DNA from: Candidatus Magasanikiibacteriota bacterium
GTDB lineage: Bacteria > Patescibacteriota > Patescibacteriia > Magasanikbacterales > UBA922
Direction of reading: 5' to 3'
Length of the DNA stretch: 64,000 bases
NCBI GenBank assembly: GCA_021648085.1
Contig: JAKITS010000001.1
Span: 682,759-746,758, forward strand
Positions within the stretch are counted from its first letter, which is position 1; each line of letters begins with the position of its first letter. The notes under the pieces are model-generated. The model saw nothing but the letters and a program-made list of their open reading frames with translations. It did no database searches and was not told the DNA's origin. Positions 20,382 to 31,248 of the stretch are shown piece by piece. The translations under genes and the position numbers were made by a program.

Positions 20382-21326
20382 CTATTTTTTTAAAAATTCT
20401 CTTATCAACACCTCCACCTCTTCATAATTTCTTACCCACTTTATACGCTTATCACGACGAAACCAAGTAAGCTGTCTTTTTGCATACCTTTTTGTATCAC
20501 GCACAAGTAATCTTTTTGCCTCTTCCAAATCATATTCACCCTCCAAAAATCCTTTAAATTGCTTATACCCAATCCCACTCATACTTGGCAAATCCCAATG
20601 ATATTTTTGTTTTAACAAACCTTTTATTTCATCCAAAAGCCCACCTTCTATCATTTTATCAATTCTTTTTTCTATTCTTTCATGAAGCACTCCTCTATCC
20701 ACACTTATTCCAATTTGCAACACATCAAACATGGGTTCACCTTTCATTTTTTGCCCAGAAAATGGCTCGCCAGTTAAAATAGATACTTCCAAAGCTCTAA
20801 CAATTCTTCTTTTATTATTTCTATCTATCACATCCGCTGCAACAGGATCCAAAGTTGTTAAAAGTACCATTAAATCTTCGTTACTTTTTGTAGATAAACT
20901 TTTGCGCAATTTATTATTTGGGGCAACTCGTGGAATTGAAAAATTATCCACAACCGAAGAAATATAAAGTCCAGTTCCACCTACCATCATTGGCAATTTA
21001 TTTTGTTTTACAGCAAGTTTTACATATTTAATAGCTTTATCTCTAAATTCTGCAACAGTAAAAGCCTTTCCAGGATCCAAAAAATCCACCAAATGATGAA
21101 CAATATCGCCAACAAAATAAGATCTTCGCAAACCATTTCTACGCCACCCCCCTTCTACTTTTGCTGTTCCTATATTCATCTTACGAAAAATCTGCCTAGA
21201 ATCCGCTGAAATAATATCTCCATTAAAAATTTTTGCCAACTTCAAACTCCACTCAGTTTTTCCACTAGCCGTAGACCCCAAAAGTACTACTAATTTTGGC
21301 AATTTTCTCAATTCTTTTTTATCCAT
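20382..21326 (-). CDS. miaA: tRNA dimethylallyltransferase
   Basis: GSTASGKT, SADSRQ, IGTAK, VGGTGLY, YAKRQLTWFR. Confidence 0.97.
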   Translation of the reverse strand: MDKKELRKLPKLVVLLGSTASGKTEWSLKLAKIFNGDIISADSRQIFRKMNIGTAKVEGGWRRNGLRRSYFVGDIVHHLVDFLDPGKAFTVAEFRDKAIKYVKLAVKQNKLPMMVGGTGLYISSVVDNFSIPRVAPNNKLRKSLSTKSNEDLMVLLTTLDPVAADVIDRNNKRRIVRALEVSILTGEPFSGQKMKGEPMFDVLQIGISVDRGVLHERIEKRIDKMIEGGLLDEIKGLLKQKYHWDLPSMSGIGYKQFKGFLEGEYDLEEAKRLLVRDTKRYAKRQLTWFRRDKRIKWVRNYEEVEVLIREFLKK

Positions 21327-21393
21327 ATTTTTGAAAAAGTTCTAAATGTTCTATCACTTCACTTATTTTTTCTTTCATTTCGAATGAAACCTC

Positions 21394-21551
21394 TCACGTC
21401 ATCTTGAGCAGAACGAAGTGGAGTCGAAATATCTCGTAAACAATTCACTGTTTATATTTTTTAATTCTAGTCTTTTTAAACCAAGACCCATTCGACTTCC
21501 TGCCGGCAGGCTGGCATTTCGACTTACTCCATTTCGCTCAGGATGACGTGA
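21394..21551. repeat. REP-like paired palindrome, family B
   Basis: TCACGTCATCTTGAGC ... GCTCAGGATGACGTGA with internal CCTGCCGGCAGG. Confidence 0.8.
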
Positions 21552-21561
21552 ATAACTAACA

Positions 21562-22890
21562 CTATTCACCTCTCCTTCCCCACAAAATCCACATCTCAGC
21601 TTTAAAAATCTCAACTGGAACAATCTTACCAATTAACTCTTCACCACCCTTAAAACGCGTTAGCTTCATCTCATTAGACTGTCCACCACACCAACCATTT
21701 TTACATTCGTCCACCAAAACTTCCACAACTTTCCCAACATAATTCTGATTTTTCTCGTGAGTTCTTTTTTTCATCATATTTTGAATTTTCAGCCAACGAC
21801 GCTTTTTCTCTGCTTTTGGCACACCATCTTCAAAAAACTTTGCCGATACAGTTCCAGAACGAGTAGAATATTGAGCGGGATAAGAAATATCAAAATCACA
21901 TTCTTTGTAGAGACTTATAGTTTCTTCAAAATCCTCTTCGCTCTCTCCACAAAATCCTACTATAAAATCTGTGCCAAGTGCAATACCAGGTTTTTTTGCC
22001 TTTATCTTCTTTATTATACCAAGAAAAAACTCGCGTGTATGCCTTCGGTTCATTTTCTCCAAAATTTTATTACTTCCAGACTGAGCTGGCAAATGCAGAT
22101 AATTCATTTGTTTTGATAATGTAAGTGCGTCTATCACCTCATCTGTCATAAAAATTGGGTGTGGCGCAGTCCAACTCATCCTCTTTATTCCTTCAATTTG
22201 ATTTACTTCCCACAAAAGTTTTGCAAAATCACTTTCTTTATACGGATTTTCTTTGGAAAAATTTTCTGGATCTGGCGCAATATAATGATTTACAATTTGT
22301 CCCAATAATACAATTTCTATATATCCATTTTTTGCCAAATCCTTCACCTCATCCATCACATCTTTCAAAGGTCTATTTACCTCTAAACCGCGAGAAAATG
22401 GCACAACGCAATAACTACAAAAATGATTACACCCAGTTTGAATTGTAACGAAAGCCTGGAATTTATTTTTGCGAACAGGGTTTAAAATTAAATAATCCTC
22501 CTCCAAATCTTCGCGACGAAATTCTGGATTTATCTCTGCCAACCATTTTGGCAAATTTATCATTTGTTTGGTTGGAAAAAATAAATCCACATTTTTCAAC
22601 TTTTTGCGAAGTTTGCCACCTTTATCACGCCCAGGCATACAACCTGTCACACAAATTATTAAGTTTGGTTTTTTTATCTTTAATTTTGCATAATTTCTAG
22701 TTTGCCCAAAAATCCTATCTTCTGCCGAAGCGCGCACACTACAACTATTCATAATTATCACATCTGCCTGCTTATCATCATCTGTATTTTCCAAACCCAT
22801 ATTGCACAAAATTGACTCCAATCTCTCTGAGTCATTTTTATTCATTTGACAGCCAAATGTGATGATGTGATAATACTTCTGATTATTCAT
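21562..22890 (-). CDS. miaB: tRNA-2-methylthio-N6-dimethylallyladenosine synthase MiaB
   Basis: TFGCQMN, NSCSVR, GCNHFCSYC radical SAM motif, TRAM domain; next to miaA. Confidence 0.95.
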   Translation of the reverse strand: MNNQKYYHIITFGCQMNKNDSERLESILCNMGLENTDDDKQADVIIMNSCSVRASAEDRIFGQTRNYAKLKIKKPNLIICVTGCMPGRDKGGKLRKKLKNVDLFFPTKQMINLPKWLAEINPEFRREDLEEDYLILNPVRKNKFQAFVTIQTGCNHFCSYCVVPFSRGLEVNRPLKDVMDEVKDLAKNGYIEIVLLGQIVNHYIAPDPENFSKENPYKESDFAKLLWEVNQIEGIKRMSWTAPHPIFMTDEVIDALTLSKQMNYLHLPAQSGSNKILEKMNRRHTREFFLGIIKKIKAKKPGIALGTDFIVGFCGESEEDFEETISLYKECDFDISYPAQYSTRSGTVSAKFFEDGVPKAEKKRRWLKIQNMMKKRTHEKNQNYVGKVVEVLVDECKNGWCGGQSNEMKLTRFKGGEELIGKIVPVEIFKAEMWILWGRRGE

Positions 22891-22947
22891 TGTATTTTTG
22901 TTGATCTTTAGCAAAGTTTAACAAAAAAATACTAAAAAATCAAGTAT

Positions 22948-24090
22948 ATGAGAAGAGAATTAAAAATCCCCAGTTTTTCTAAAGAAGAATTTCTAAATAT
23001 ACCAAATAAAGAATATTTTTCTAAATTTGAAAATGCACTTGAAAAAGATGCTGAATTTAATTTTGATAATTTAAGTGAAGAAGAAACACAAAGTTTAATT
23101 TCAACCAGACAAAAATTTGAAGATGCTAGAAAAAGTTATGAAGGAGTTGATGAGAAATTTAGTGAAGTAATAGAAAACTCAACAAAACAAGATGTTATAA
23201 ATGTATTATTAGGTGGAGATCTTTCAACTTTTGAAACTAGTACAATTTTAAGATTAAAAAAAGATGATCCAGATATTTTGGCTGCGGCTTCTGTACACAA
23301 ACCAACAGAAGTAATATCTGTTTTAGCTCACACAAATTCAGAATTCTCATCACAAATAATTCAATCTATTTTAGAAAGCAAGCCTTCTCTATTAATAACT
23401 ATTGATTTAAAAATACAATTAGACATAATTTCCAAAAAACCAGAATATTTAATTTTTGCAGATAGTAGAGTACAAGAAGATTATTTAAATAAAAATCCTG
23501 ATTTTTTAAGTACCTTAAAAGATGAGGAACAGAAAGTAGTTATAGCCAGTCTTTTAAGTTTGAGCGGTGATTATAATGTTTTAGATCCAATTTTAGAAAA
23601 AATAAAAGACAAAAACTCAATATTAAAACATTTAGACGAATATAAAATAAAATACCCAAAAGAATATCAAAGATATATAGAAAAACCATTAAAGCAAAGA
23701 GAGGTTTTACTAGACACTTCTACTTTAATTAAATACAAAAATAATGGAGACATGTCTGATATATCTCTAATTCTTGCACTGAAACATAATGTCGACATAA
23801 AAGAAAAAGTTCTCGAAGGAATAAAAGATGTTGATCCAGATTATTATGAAAAAATTATTAATAAAATAAAAATATTAGATAATTTTATAAATTTACCTAT
23901 TGAGCAAAAAACTGATTTACTTAAAAAAGGTATGGTGACTGAAGAAGAAGTTAGCCTTATTTTAAAAAAATTATATCCTAGTCATCCAGAAGTAGTAGAG
24001 ACACTTCTAAGACCTACTTTAACTAAGTTAAATCGTGAAAATTTACATTCTACTCCATACAAAGCAGGAAATATAAAAAACATAATTTAA
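22948..24090 (+). CDS. Hypothetical acidic helical protein, paralog of the next gene
   Basis: Shares 5' leader and LS..E.Q...Q.F..AR.S segment with 24111. Confidence 0.75.
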   Translation: MRRELKIPSFSKEEFLNIPNKEYFSKFENALEKDAEFNFDNLSEEETQSLISTRQKFEDARKSYEGVDEKFSEVIENSTKQDVINVLLGGDLSTFETSTILRLKKDDPDILAAASVHKPTEVISVLAHTNSEFSSQIIQSILESKPSLLITIDLKIQLDIISKKPEYLIFADSRVQEDYLNKNPDFLSTLKDEEQKVVIASLLSLSGDYNVLDPILEKIKDKNSILKHLDEYKIKYPKEYQRYIEKPLKQREVLLDTSTLIKYKNNGDMSDISLILALKHNVDIKEKVLEGIKDVDPDYYEKIINKIKILDNFINLPIEQKTDLLKKGMVTEEEVSLILKKLYPSHPEVVETLLRPTLTKLNRENLHSTPYKAGNIKNII

Positions 24091-24110
24091 TAAACTAAAA
24101 AATCAAGTCT

Positions 24111-25217
24111 ATGAACCCAGAAAGAAGAAGAATATCCATTGCAGAAGCCGAAGCTGCAACCGCAAAAGTTAGAGGAGACACTGGGGATTTTGATTTTGGA
24201 GAAGACGGTGATGATGAAGAAGAGGAAGGTGATTTTTTTGCAACTCCGGGAGAATTAGAACAACATAAAAAAGAAGTGGTTGAAAAAGAAAGAATAACAA
24301 TCGAAAAAGAAATAGCTGAAAAAAAAGCAACAATAGAAAAAAATAGAAAAAACCCAACAGCGGCTGAAATGGCAATGAGAGAGCTTTTATTTTCTGAACA
24401 AGGACTTCGAGTTCAATCAATATACAACCCAGAATTACCACCAAACCCAAATAGAAAACAAGAATTGCAAAAATTAACAGAAGTTTATGAAAAACCCCCA
24501 CTTTCTAATATGGAAAAGCAAAAAATAGAATTAATGGGACAGCAGTTCGATAATGCGAGAGATAGTTTTTATACAAAATATAGTGAAGATGATTTGGCAA
24601 ATTATACATCCGGGGCAAATCAAAATGAAATGCAATTTTTGATAGAACGAAACCCAAATAGTGCAAAAATATTAAGTGCTTCTGTGGCTGGAAAAGGTAT
24701 AAAAGCAAGAAAAGCTTTAGAAATTATATCGCGAATGCAGACATTAGAAGATTCAACATTAAGCCCTGAATTTAAAAAAGATTTAATAGATATAAAATTA
24801 GAATTAAACCCTGAATTAATAAATGCACTACCAGAAGAAATGCAAATACAAGAAGTATTTGAAAATCCAACCTTATTACGACACACATCTAGAGAAGCCC
24901 AGCAAAAAGTATTAGAAACTACACCACCAGAAAAATTTGCAGAAATGCTTGGTCAATTAGAAGTAAACAATTTAGATTTACTTACTGAAATAGAAGGTTT
25001 TCAAAATAATCAAGAAATAATGAGAAAACTTGTGGCTTTTGCCATTCAAGGTCCAGACCATTTTTTGAAACTACCAAATGAAACTCAAGACAAAGTTTTT
25101 GCAAAAATGGATGAACCGACAAAAAAACAGTTTATAAACTCAGCTAGAAAATTTATAAAAACTCACGGCTCACAAAAAATGCCAAGAGAAATTGAAAGAA
25201 GAGTTTGGCAAGCTTAA
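24111..25217 (+). CDS. Hypothetical acidic helical protein
   Basis: 368-aa ORF, E/K-rich N-terminus, P-x-L repeats. Confidence 0.75.
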   Translation: MNPERRRISIAEAEAATAKVRGDTGDFDFGEDGDDEEEEGDFFATPGELEQHKKEVVEKERITIEKEIAEKKATIEKNRKNPTAAEMAMRELLFSEQGLRVQSIYNPELPPNPNRKQELQKLTEVYEKPPLSNMEKQKIELMGQQFDNARDSFYTKYSEDDLANYTSGANQNEMQFLIERNPNSAKILSASVAGKGIKARKALEIISRMQTLEDSTLSPEFKKDLIDIKLELNPELINALPEEMQIQEVFENPTLLRHTSREAQQKVLETTPPEKFAEMLGQLEVNNLDLLTEIEGFQNNQEIMRKLVAFAIQGPDHFLKLPNETQDKVFAKMDEPTKKQFINSARKFIKTHGSQKMPREIERRVWQA

Positions 25218-25267
25218 CAAAAATAAAAAAGACGACTATATTTATAGTCGTCTTACTTTTTTATCTT

Positions 25268-25711
25268 TCAAAATTCTCCCCTTCCTTCACAAATAAATGT
25301 AACCCTACTACCCTCATAAAACACAACTTCGAAATCAAAGTCTGTATTTTTAACATCGTACATAAAGAAAGATGTCCTATCTCCTGTTATATGTTCGGTT
25401 AGTTTTACGTCTCCTTCAAATCTATTACACCCCAACAAACTTGAAATAGAAATTTTTCTAAGAGAAAATCTCATTAAACTTTCGTTTAGTTTTGAAAAGT
25501 TATATTCTTTATTTTCAATATTAATACAAAGAGTTTTAACCTTTCTGTCAAACCTAATATAATCTATAACAATCATAATTTCCAATCTCCAATAGTTTGG
25601 AAATTTTAGAAGTTTTGCATTCAAATCTGGAGATTTAAATGCTGGAACAACACTATAAAATCTTCCAGACATTTTTCTATGATCTGAAATTTTCACAACA
25701 TTTTTATTCAT
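25268..25711 (-). CDS. Orphan hypothetical protein; start moved to ATG 25711
   Basis: Minus-strand TTGACA 25789-25784, AAAAAAGGAG SD, terminator at about 25227-25258. Confidence 0.6.
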   Translation of the reverse strand: MNKNVVKISDHRKMSGRFYSVVPAFKSPDLNAKLLKFPNYWRLEIMIVIDYIRFDRKVKTLCINIENKEYNFSKLNESLMRFSLRKISISSLLGCNRFEGDVKLTEHITGDRTSFFMYDVKNTDFDFEVVFYEGSRVTFICEGRGEF

Positions 25712-25860
25712 CTTTTTCTCCTTTTTTAGTTTCATTTGTAAGGAACTTTTAGAACATTTAACTATATCAAACATTTCAGGTTTTGTCAAGTTTAAGACTA
25801 ATAAATTGACAAAAAAACCATATAACATATAATAAATAGGTAATTTTAAATAAAAAAAAT

Positions 25861-26304
25861 ATGGGAAACCCTGAATTAAGATCAATGAGTTTAGAAGAAG
25901 CAGAAAGAAAACTAAATACAGAAATTGCAGGCGAAGCAATTCAAAAACAAAGTGAACAAGAATTACTTAAAAAAATGGATTCTATAAATACAAACCCAGA
26001 TGCTTTAAAAAATAGACGAGAAAAAGCAATGCGAGAACTATTGGAAAAAAATGCTAAAGATCGAGAAAAACAAAAAAATATAGATAGAAATATTCAAAAA
26101 CAAAAAGAAAGAGAAGAAGGCACAGCAGTAGAACAAGCACTTTCTGAAACAAGAAAAGTAGTAAATGAATCTATCATTAGCGATAAAGAGCAAAAAATTA
26201 TAAAAGAATTAGAAAAGGTAAATCAAAGCACAGAAAAAGACATGCAAACCTTAGGAGATTTAGATAAAACAGGTATTTTTAAACCAGTCACAAAAAATAA
26301 ATAA
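25861..26304 (+). CDS. E/K-rich coiled-coil hypothetical protein
   Basis: Own TTGACA at 25806; shares motifs with neighbouring genes. Confidence 0.7.
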   Translation: MGNPELRSMSLEEAERKLNTEIAGEAIQKQSEQELLKKMDSINTNPDALKNRREKAMRELLEKNAKDREKQKNIDRNIQKQKEREEGTAVEQALSETRKVVNESIISDKEQKIIKELEKVNQSTEKDMQTLGDLDKTGIFKPVTKNK

Positions 26305-26305
26305 T

Positions 26306-27514
26306 ATGGAAAAAGAAAGTAAAATAATGAGTATGAGCGAGGTGGCCAAAGAAATAGCAAAAGAAGATAACATGACAGAGACAGAAAAAGCACTTGCCGA
26401 AACTATGATTGCAGGTAAACAATCTGCGGAAGAGCAAAAGCAAGAAAAAAAAATGAAAAAAGAAGAAATAGAAATGGTGAAAAAATCAGAAGTGCAAAGG
26501 GCTGATTATCTTCAAGCTGCTCAAAAAGCAAACAATCAGCCACCCACAGAAAATGCTGGAGTAAATGAAGCAATAAATATACGAAATGCTTATAATGCGT
26601 CCGCAAATGTGGAAGATCCAAAAGTAGAAATAGAAAGAATGCAAAAACAACAAGAAATGTTAAAAGAAATAAAATTGGAAGAACAAAAAGCTGAACTTCA
26701 AAAAACTATCCAATCTGGTGAGGCAGAACTTGATGTTGCTTCAAAACCAGAAACAGATGAAGAAAAAATAATTATTTCTCCAGATTTTCAACAAGAAATA
26801 AAAAACGAAAAAAGAAAAGATGTAATAGAAGCTTTAAACGAAGCACAAAAAGCTGGTAAGGAATCTATAAAAGCAGATGAAGAAAAAGAAAAAAATACTA
26901 GTTTAGAGGAATTAACAAAGCAAGCGACTGCAGAACAAGAAAGTAAAAAAGTAGAAGACACTATTCCACCAACAACAGAAAGTGCAATAAAAACAGAACC
27001 GCCAGAAAAACTATCTGACATACTCAAAGAAGGAGAGGAAAAAGAACAAATTGGAACAGAAATTACTCCAGAGTGGCAAGAACTTGAAAAAGAATTAGAC
27101 TCAGCCCCAACAAAAGAAGAGCTAGAAGTTTTACCAGAAATTACAGAATTAGAACCACTTCCAACAAAAGGAATGGGTGAAATGATAAAAGATACACCAA
27201 TGGATCCAGACACAAAAGAATGGCTTTTGGCTCAAAGAGGATTGTTGAAAAAAGTAAATGATACAGAAGGTTCAGAAAAACAAAAAAGAGAGCTACTCCT
27301 AGAAGAGTTAACAGCAAAACTAGAAGAAAAAGAAGCTAAGCTCAAAAAAACATGGTTTTTTGGAAAAAGTGCACTCAAAAAAGATATCAAAAGATTGAAT
27401 GAAATAATAAACGACTCCACACTATTTAAAACTGGCGAGGCAACAAAACCAAGAAACTCGTCCAGAATGAATCGAGGCTCAGAAAATAGTTCTGGCTTCG
27501 CAAGTAAAGTTTAA
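26306..27514 (+). CDS. E/K-rich low-complexity coiled-coil protein
   Basis: 402-aa ORF with C-terminal WFFG motif. Confidence 0.75.
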   Translation: MEKESKIMSMSEVAKEIAKEDNMTETEKALAETMIAGKQSAEEQKQEKKMKKEEIEMVKKSEVQRADYLQAAQKANNQPPTENAGVNEAINIRNAYNASANVEDPKVEIERMQKQQEMLKEIKLEEQKAELQKTIQSGEAELDVASKPETDEEKIIISPDFQQEIKNEKRKDVIEALNEAQKAGKESIKADEEKEKNTSLEELTKQATAEQESKKVEDTIPPTTESAIKTEPPEKLSDILKEGEEKEQIGTEITPEWQELEKELDSAPTKEELEVLPEITELEPLPTKGMGEMIKDTPMDPDTKEWLLAQRGLLKKVNDTEGSEKQKRELLLEELTAKLEEKEAKLKKTWFFGKSALKKDIKRLNEIINDSTLFKTGEATKPRNSSRMNRGSENSSGFASKV

Positions 27515-27615
27515 GACCCTTAATGTTTGTTGAATAACCTTACTTAGATTACAACAAAATAAAAAAACACTATTTAAATAGTGTTTTTTTATTTTTTATA
27601 CGCACCGTGTTTTTC

Positions 27616-27743
27616 TGTCATCCTCAGCTTGACTGAGGATCTAGGATTTATATTACAATGTAATTATTACAGTTTATGTATTTTTATATAAAAATAATTC
27701 TAGTTTATAGACTCTGGATTCCTAAGTCGGACTAAAAATAACA
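27616..27743. repeat. REP/MITE-like element, family A
   Basis: TGTCATCCTCAGCTTGACTGAGGATCTAGG...CTGGATTCC; interior matches the 19613 copy. Confidence 0.7.
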
Positions 27744-27772
27744 ATAAAAAGTTTTTTCAAATTAAAAAATAA

Positions 27773-29575
27773 TTATTTTCTTTCTTTTATTTCTTTCACA
27801 ATTCTTTCAACAAACTCCTCTTTATTTATATTTTCAGTCTCACCATCTTTATCCCTCATTCTCACAGCAAAATTATCTCCACTCAATTCTCTCTCACCTA
27901 CTACAATTATGTATGGCACTTTGTTTTCTACAGCTTTGCGAACTTTTTTACCAACTGTTTCACTTGCGCTATCTATTTCAATTCGCACTCCCGCATCTAC
28001 AAATTTTTGTGCCAATTCTTTTGTGCCTTCCAAAAATTTATCTGAAACTGGAACAAACTGAACCTGAACAGGTGCAAGCCAAACTGGCCACTTCCCTGCA
28101 TAATGCTCTATCAAAAATGCTATAAAACGCTCATGTGTAGAAAGTGGCGCTCTGTGAATTACAAACACTTCATTATTTTCATTTCCTGTTTCATCTATAT
28201 ATTTCAAACCAAATCTTTCTTTTGCCAAAAAGTCCAATTGAACTGTAGACAATGTTTCTTCTCTACCAATAATAGATTTAAACTGTACATCCACTTTCGG
28301 CCCATAAAAAGCTGCTTCATCACTTGCTTCAGTAAATGGAACTTCCATTTCCTGCAAAACTTCGCGCAACACATTTTCTGCAAACTTCCAATTTTCTGGC
28401 TCATTTATATATTTTTCTGTCTTTTCTGGATCCCATTTTGAAAGTCTAAACCAATAATCACCCAAATCAAACATTTTGAAATAATCCATTGTCATATTGA
28501 TCACAGCTCTAAACTCATATTTTATTTGAGTTTTACTGCAATACGTGTGAGCATCATTCATGGTAAGTCCACGAACACGCAAAAGTCCTGCCAAAGTTCC
28601 AGAAAGCTCGTTTCTATAAACTGTTCCATATTCTGCTACACGCAAAGGCAGTTCTTTGTAACTTCTAGGTTTGTGTCCAAATACCAAATGATGATGTGGA
28701 CAATTCATAGAACGCAAATAATATGTCCCATCGTCCATTTCCATTGCAGGATACATATCATCTTTATAATACGGCAAATGTCCAGAAGTTATATATAACT
28801 CTTCTTTTGCCAAATGCGGAGTCACAACGCGCTTATAGCCTGCTTTGTCTTCTTTTTCAACTGCCAATTTTTCTATTTCATTTCTTATAATTGTTCCATT
28901 TGGTAACCACATCACCAAGCCTTTTCCAACTTTATCATCAAAAAAATATAACTCCTGTGCTTTTGCAATTTTTCTATGATCCCTCTTCTCTGCTTCTGCA
29001 AGCATTTCCATATGATCTTCCAATTCTTGTTTTGTTTCAAAATAAACTCCATAAATTCGCTGAAGCTGTGGATTTTCATTTTTCCCTCTCCAATACGCTC
29101 CTGCCAAACGAGTAAGTTTCAAACCTTCTGGATTTAATTCACTACTATTTTCTATATGAGGTCCACGACACAAATCTGTAAATTCTCCACTTTTGTAAAG
29201 TGAAATTTCTTTTGCAGAATCGCCCACTTCCTGTTTTTCTTCTTCGCTTATTTTTGTAGTTCCATGTTTTTTTAAGTCGTTCAACAGTTCTACTTTGTAA
29301 ATCTGCCCATTTTTTTGGAAAAAATTAACCCCATCTTCCAAACTCATTTCCTGTCTTTCAAAAGTTAGACCACTTTTCATCAATTCTTTTGCTTTATCTT
29401 CTATTTTTTGCAGATCTTCCTCTCCAATATTTTCTGGAAAATCTATATCATAATAAAACCCGTTTTCTATTACAGGACCAACACCAAATTTTAAATTTGG
29501 ATAAAGCTCGTTTGCAGCAGATGCCACAATATGTGCGCAAGAATGTCTTGCTTTTTCCAATTTTTCGTTTTCCAT
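27773..29575 (-). CDS. thrS: Threonine--tRNA ligase
   Basis: RHSCAH, DLCRGPH, KRDHRK, MNCPHH, AFYGPK, IHRA, WLAPVQ. Confidence 0.98.
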   Translation of the reverse strand: MENEKLEKARHSCAHIVASAANELYPNLKFGVGPVIENGFYYDIDFPENIGEEDLQKIEDKAKELMKSGLTFERQEMSLEDGVNFFQKNGQIYKVELLNDLKKHGTTKISEEEKQEVGDSAKEISLYKSGEFTDLCRGPHIENSSELNPEGLKLTRLAGAYWRGKNENPQLQRIYGVYFETKQELEDHMEMLAEAEKRDHRKIAKAQELYFFDDKVGKGLVMWLPNGTIIRNEIEKLAVEKEDKAGYKRVVTPHLAKEELYITSGHLPYYKDDMYPAMEMDDGTYYLRSMNCPHHHLVFGHKPRSYKELPLRVAEYGTVYRNELSGTLAGLLRVRGLTMNDAHTYCSKTQIKYEFRAVINMTMDYFKMFDLGDYWFRLSKWDPEKTEKYINEPENWKFAENVLREVLQEMEVPFTEASDEAAFYGPKVDVQFKSIIGREETLSTVQLDFLAKERFGLKYIDETGNENNEVFVIHRAPLSTHERFIAFLIEHYAGKWPVWLAPVQVQFVPVSDKFLEGTKELAQKFVDAGVRIEIDSASETVGKKVRKAVENKVPYIIVVGERELSGDNFAVRMRDKDGETENINKEEFVERIVKEIKERK

Positions 29576-29731
29576 AAAATTTTAAAAAAATAAAAGGCAT
29601 TAAAAGATTGTTTAAAATCTCTTTGCCCTACAATTTCCAGACTTACTAAAAAATAAATATACTTTCTATATATTTACTTTAGTGGATTTATGATGTTTAG
29701 TCAACAGAATTGTTTTAAATACAAAAATAAT

Positions 29732-30241
29732 TTAATTATTTTTGTTCAATATTAGTAATTCGTTTATTTTATTTTTTACTTCTTCAAAATTTATATTTTT
29801 CTGATGTTTAATGTGAAGACTTTTTATTCCTACTAATTCCAACACCCTATTTACAAATTCGTCTCTTTTCTGCCTATCACTTCTATTGTGTGTTTTTCCA
29901 TTATATTCAATCGCAATAATTGGTTTCAGATATTGTTTTTCAAAAATAACAAAATCAATTGTTTTTCTGTTTATCTTATTTTGATAAGTCCAAAAATCTT
30001 TTCTTGAAGAACTTACTTTCACAATATTACTCAATACAATTTGAGGAAAAACAATATACTCAGTAGGAATAATTGATTGCAACCTCTCAAAGAATTGCCT
30101 TTCTGGAATATTGAGTAAAAAATCTTTTCTTTTAAATGGCAAAGTCTTTTCTTCTTCCTGAAGAAAAATAGAAATTTTATCCTTAAAAAAATAAAATAAA
30201 ATTCCGAGAACTATAGCAATTACTATTAGTAAAAATTCCAT
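29732..30241 (-). CDS. DUF2726-like membrane-anchored PD-(D/E)xK-fold protein
   Basis: TM helix, LLN..E..F, KTIDFVI, AIEYNG.TH, RD; starts about 30 nt after the attC GTT box. Confidence 0.8.
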   Translation of the reverse strand: MEFLLIVIAIVLGILFYFFKDKISIFLQEEEKTLPFKRKDFLLNIPERQFFERLQSIIPTEYIVFPQIVLSNIVKVSSSRKDFWTYQNKINRKTIDFVIFEKQYLKPIIAIEYNGKTHNRSDRQKRDEFVNRVLELVGIKSLHIKHQKNINFEEVKNKINELLILNKNN

Positions 30242-30268
30242 AAGTGTAAAAAATTATTAAATTATTTC

Positions 30269-30366
30269 ACATAACGTTCCAGTATATGCGATGTTTTGCG
30301 GAGCGTAGCGGAGCAAAATATGGGTGAACGGAGTGCAACGAGTGAACCGCATATACTGTGTTAGGC
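30269..30366 (-). mobile_element. Integron attC-like recombination site
   Basis: Minus strand GCCTAAC ... GTTATGT; perfect 11-bp inverted repeat CAGTATATGCG (30280-30290)/CGCATATACTG (30348-30358); GC-rich interior; 98 bp. Confidence 0.7.
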
Positions 30367-30559
30367 GAGGGTGATTTTCTGTAGTGATAACGGAAGAAAA
30401 TTAAGTGCAACGACCCCGAAGCGTATTTTTGAAAAAATTTATCCTTATTATTCTTTTGTTGTTGGGCTTTTATCATTTCTTATTTTTGATTTTTTTGTTT
30501 TGAAAAATGAAAGAGGGGAATTAAAGGGGTGAATTTCATTTTTCAAAACTCCTTATTTT

Positions 30560-31228
30560 TTATTCTTTTTCAATAATTCCATCTTTTAAACATATTACTC
30601 TATCCACATATTTTTTATCGTCAGGTTCATGAGTTACCATTATAATAGTTTGTCCTATTTTTTTATTTAATTCTTTAAACAATTTTAATATCGCAAGGGA
30701 AGATTCGCTATCTAGATTAGCGGTTGGCTCATCAGCAAATAAAATCATTGGATCATTTACTAATGCTCTGGCAATAGCAACTCTTTGCTGTTCACCACCA
30801 GACATTTCTTTTGGTAAATGATGTAATCTTTCTGCTAATCCAACTTTTGTTAACATTTCAGTTGCTTTTTTTATATATATTTTTTTAGAAATTCTAGAAA
30901 GCATTAGAGGTAGGTAGACAGACTCTAACGCCGTTAATTCTGGCAATAAAGCATAGGATTGAAATACATAACCTAATTTTTTTAACCTAAACTCGGCTTT
31001 TTGTTTTTCAGAAAAATTCATAAGATCAATTCCTTCCATAATAACTTTTCCTGTAGTTGGTGTATCTAATAATCCAAGCTGATGTAAAAGTGTAGATTTC
31101 CCAGAACCAGAACGGCCCATAAGTGCCAAAAATTCTCCTTTTTTTACTCCAAAATTAATATTTTTTAATGCGTGAGTTGGGACAACTCCTTCGTATGTCT
31201 TTTTTAAATTTTTTACTTCAATAATCAT
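30560..31228 (-). CDS. ABC transporter ATP-binding protein (MacB/LolD-like)
   Basis: GRSGSGKST, SGGEQQRVAIARAL, ADEPT, VTH. Confidence 0.95.
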   Translation of the reverse strand: MIIEVKNLKKTYEGVVPTHALKNINFGVKKGEFLALMGRSGSGKSTLLHQLGLLDTPTTGKVIMEGIDLMNFSEKQKAEFRLKKLGYVFQSYALLPELTALESVYLPLMLSRISKKIYIKKATEMLTKVGLAERLHHLPKEMSGGEQQRVAIARALVNDPMILFADEPTANLDSESSLAILKLFKELNKKIGQTIIMVTHEPDDKKYVDRVICLKDGIIEKE

Positions 31229-31248
31229 GATAATTTTTAAATTAGAAT

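Noticed and set aside
29580-29731. Second attC downstream of the DUF2726 gene
   Set aside because: No RYYYAAC...GTTRRRY pair with an inner inverted repeat; only a weak hairpin ahead of thrS
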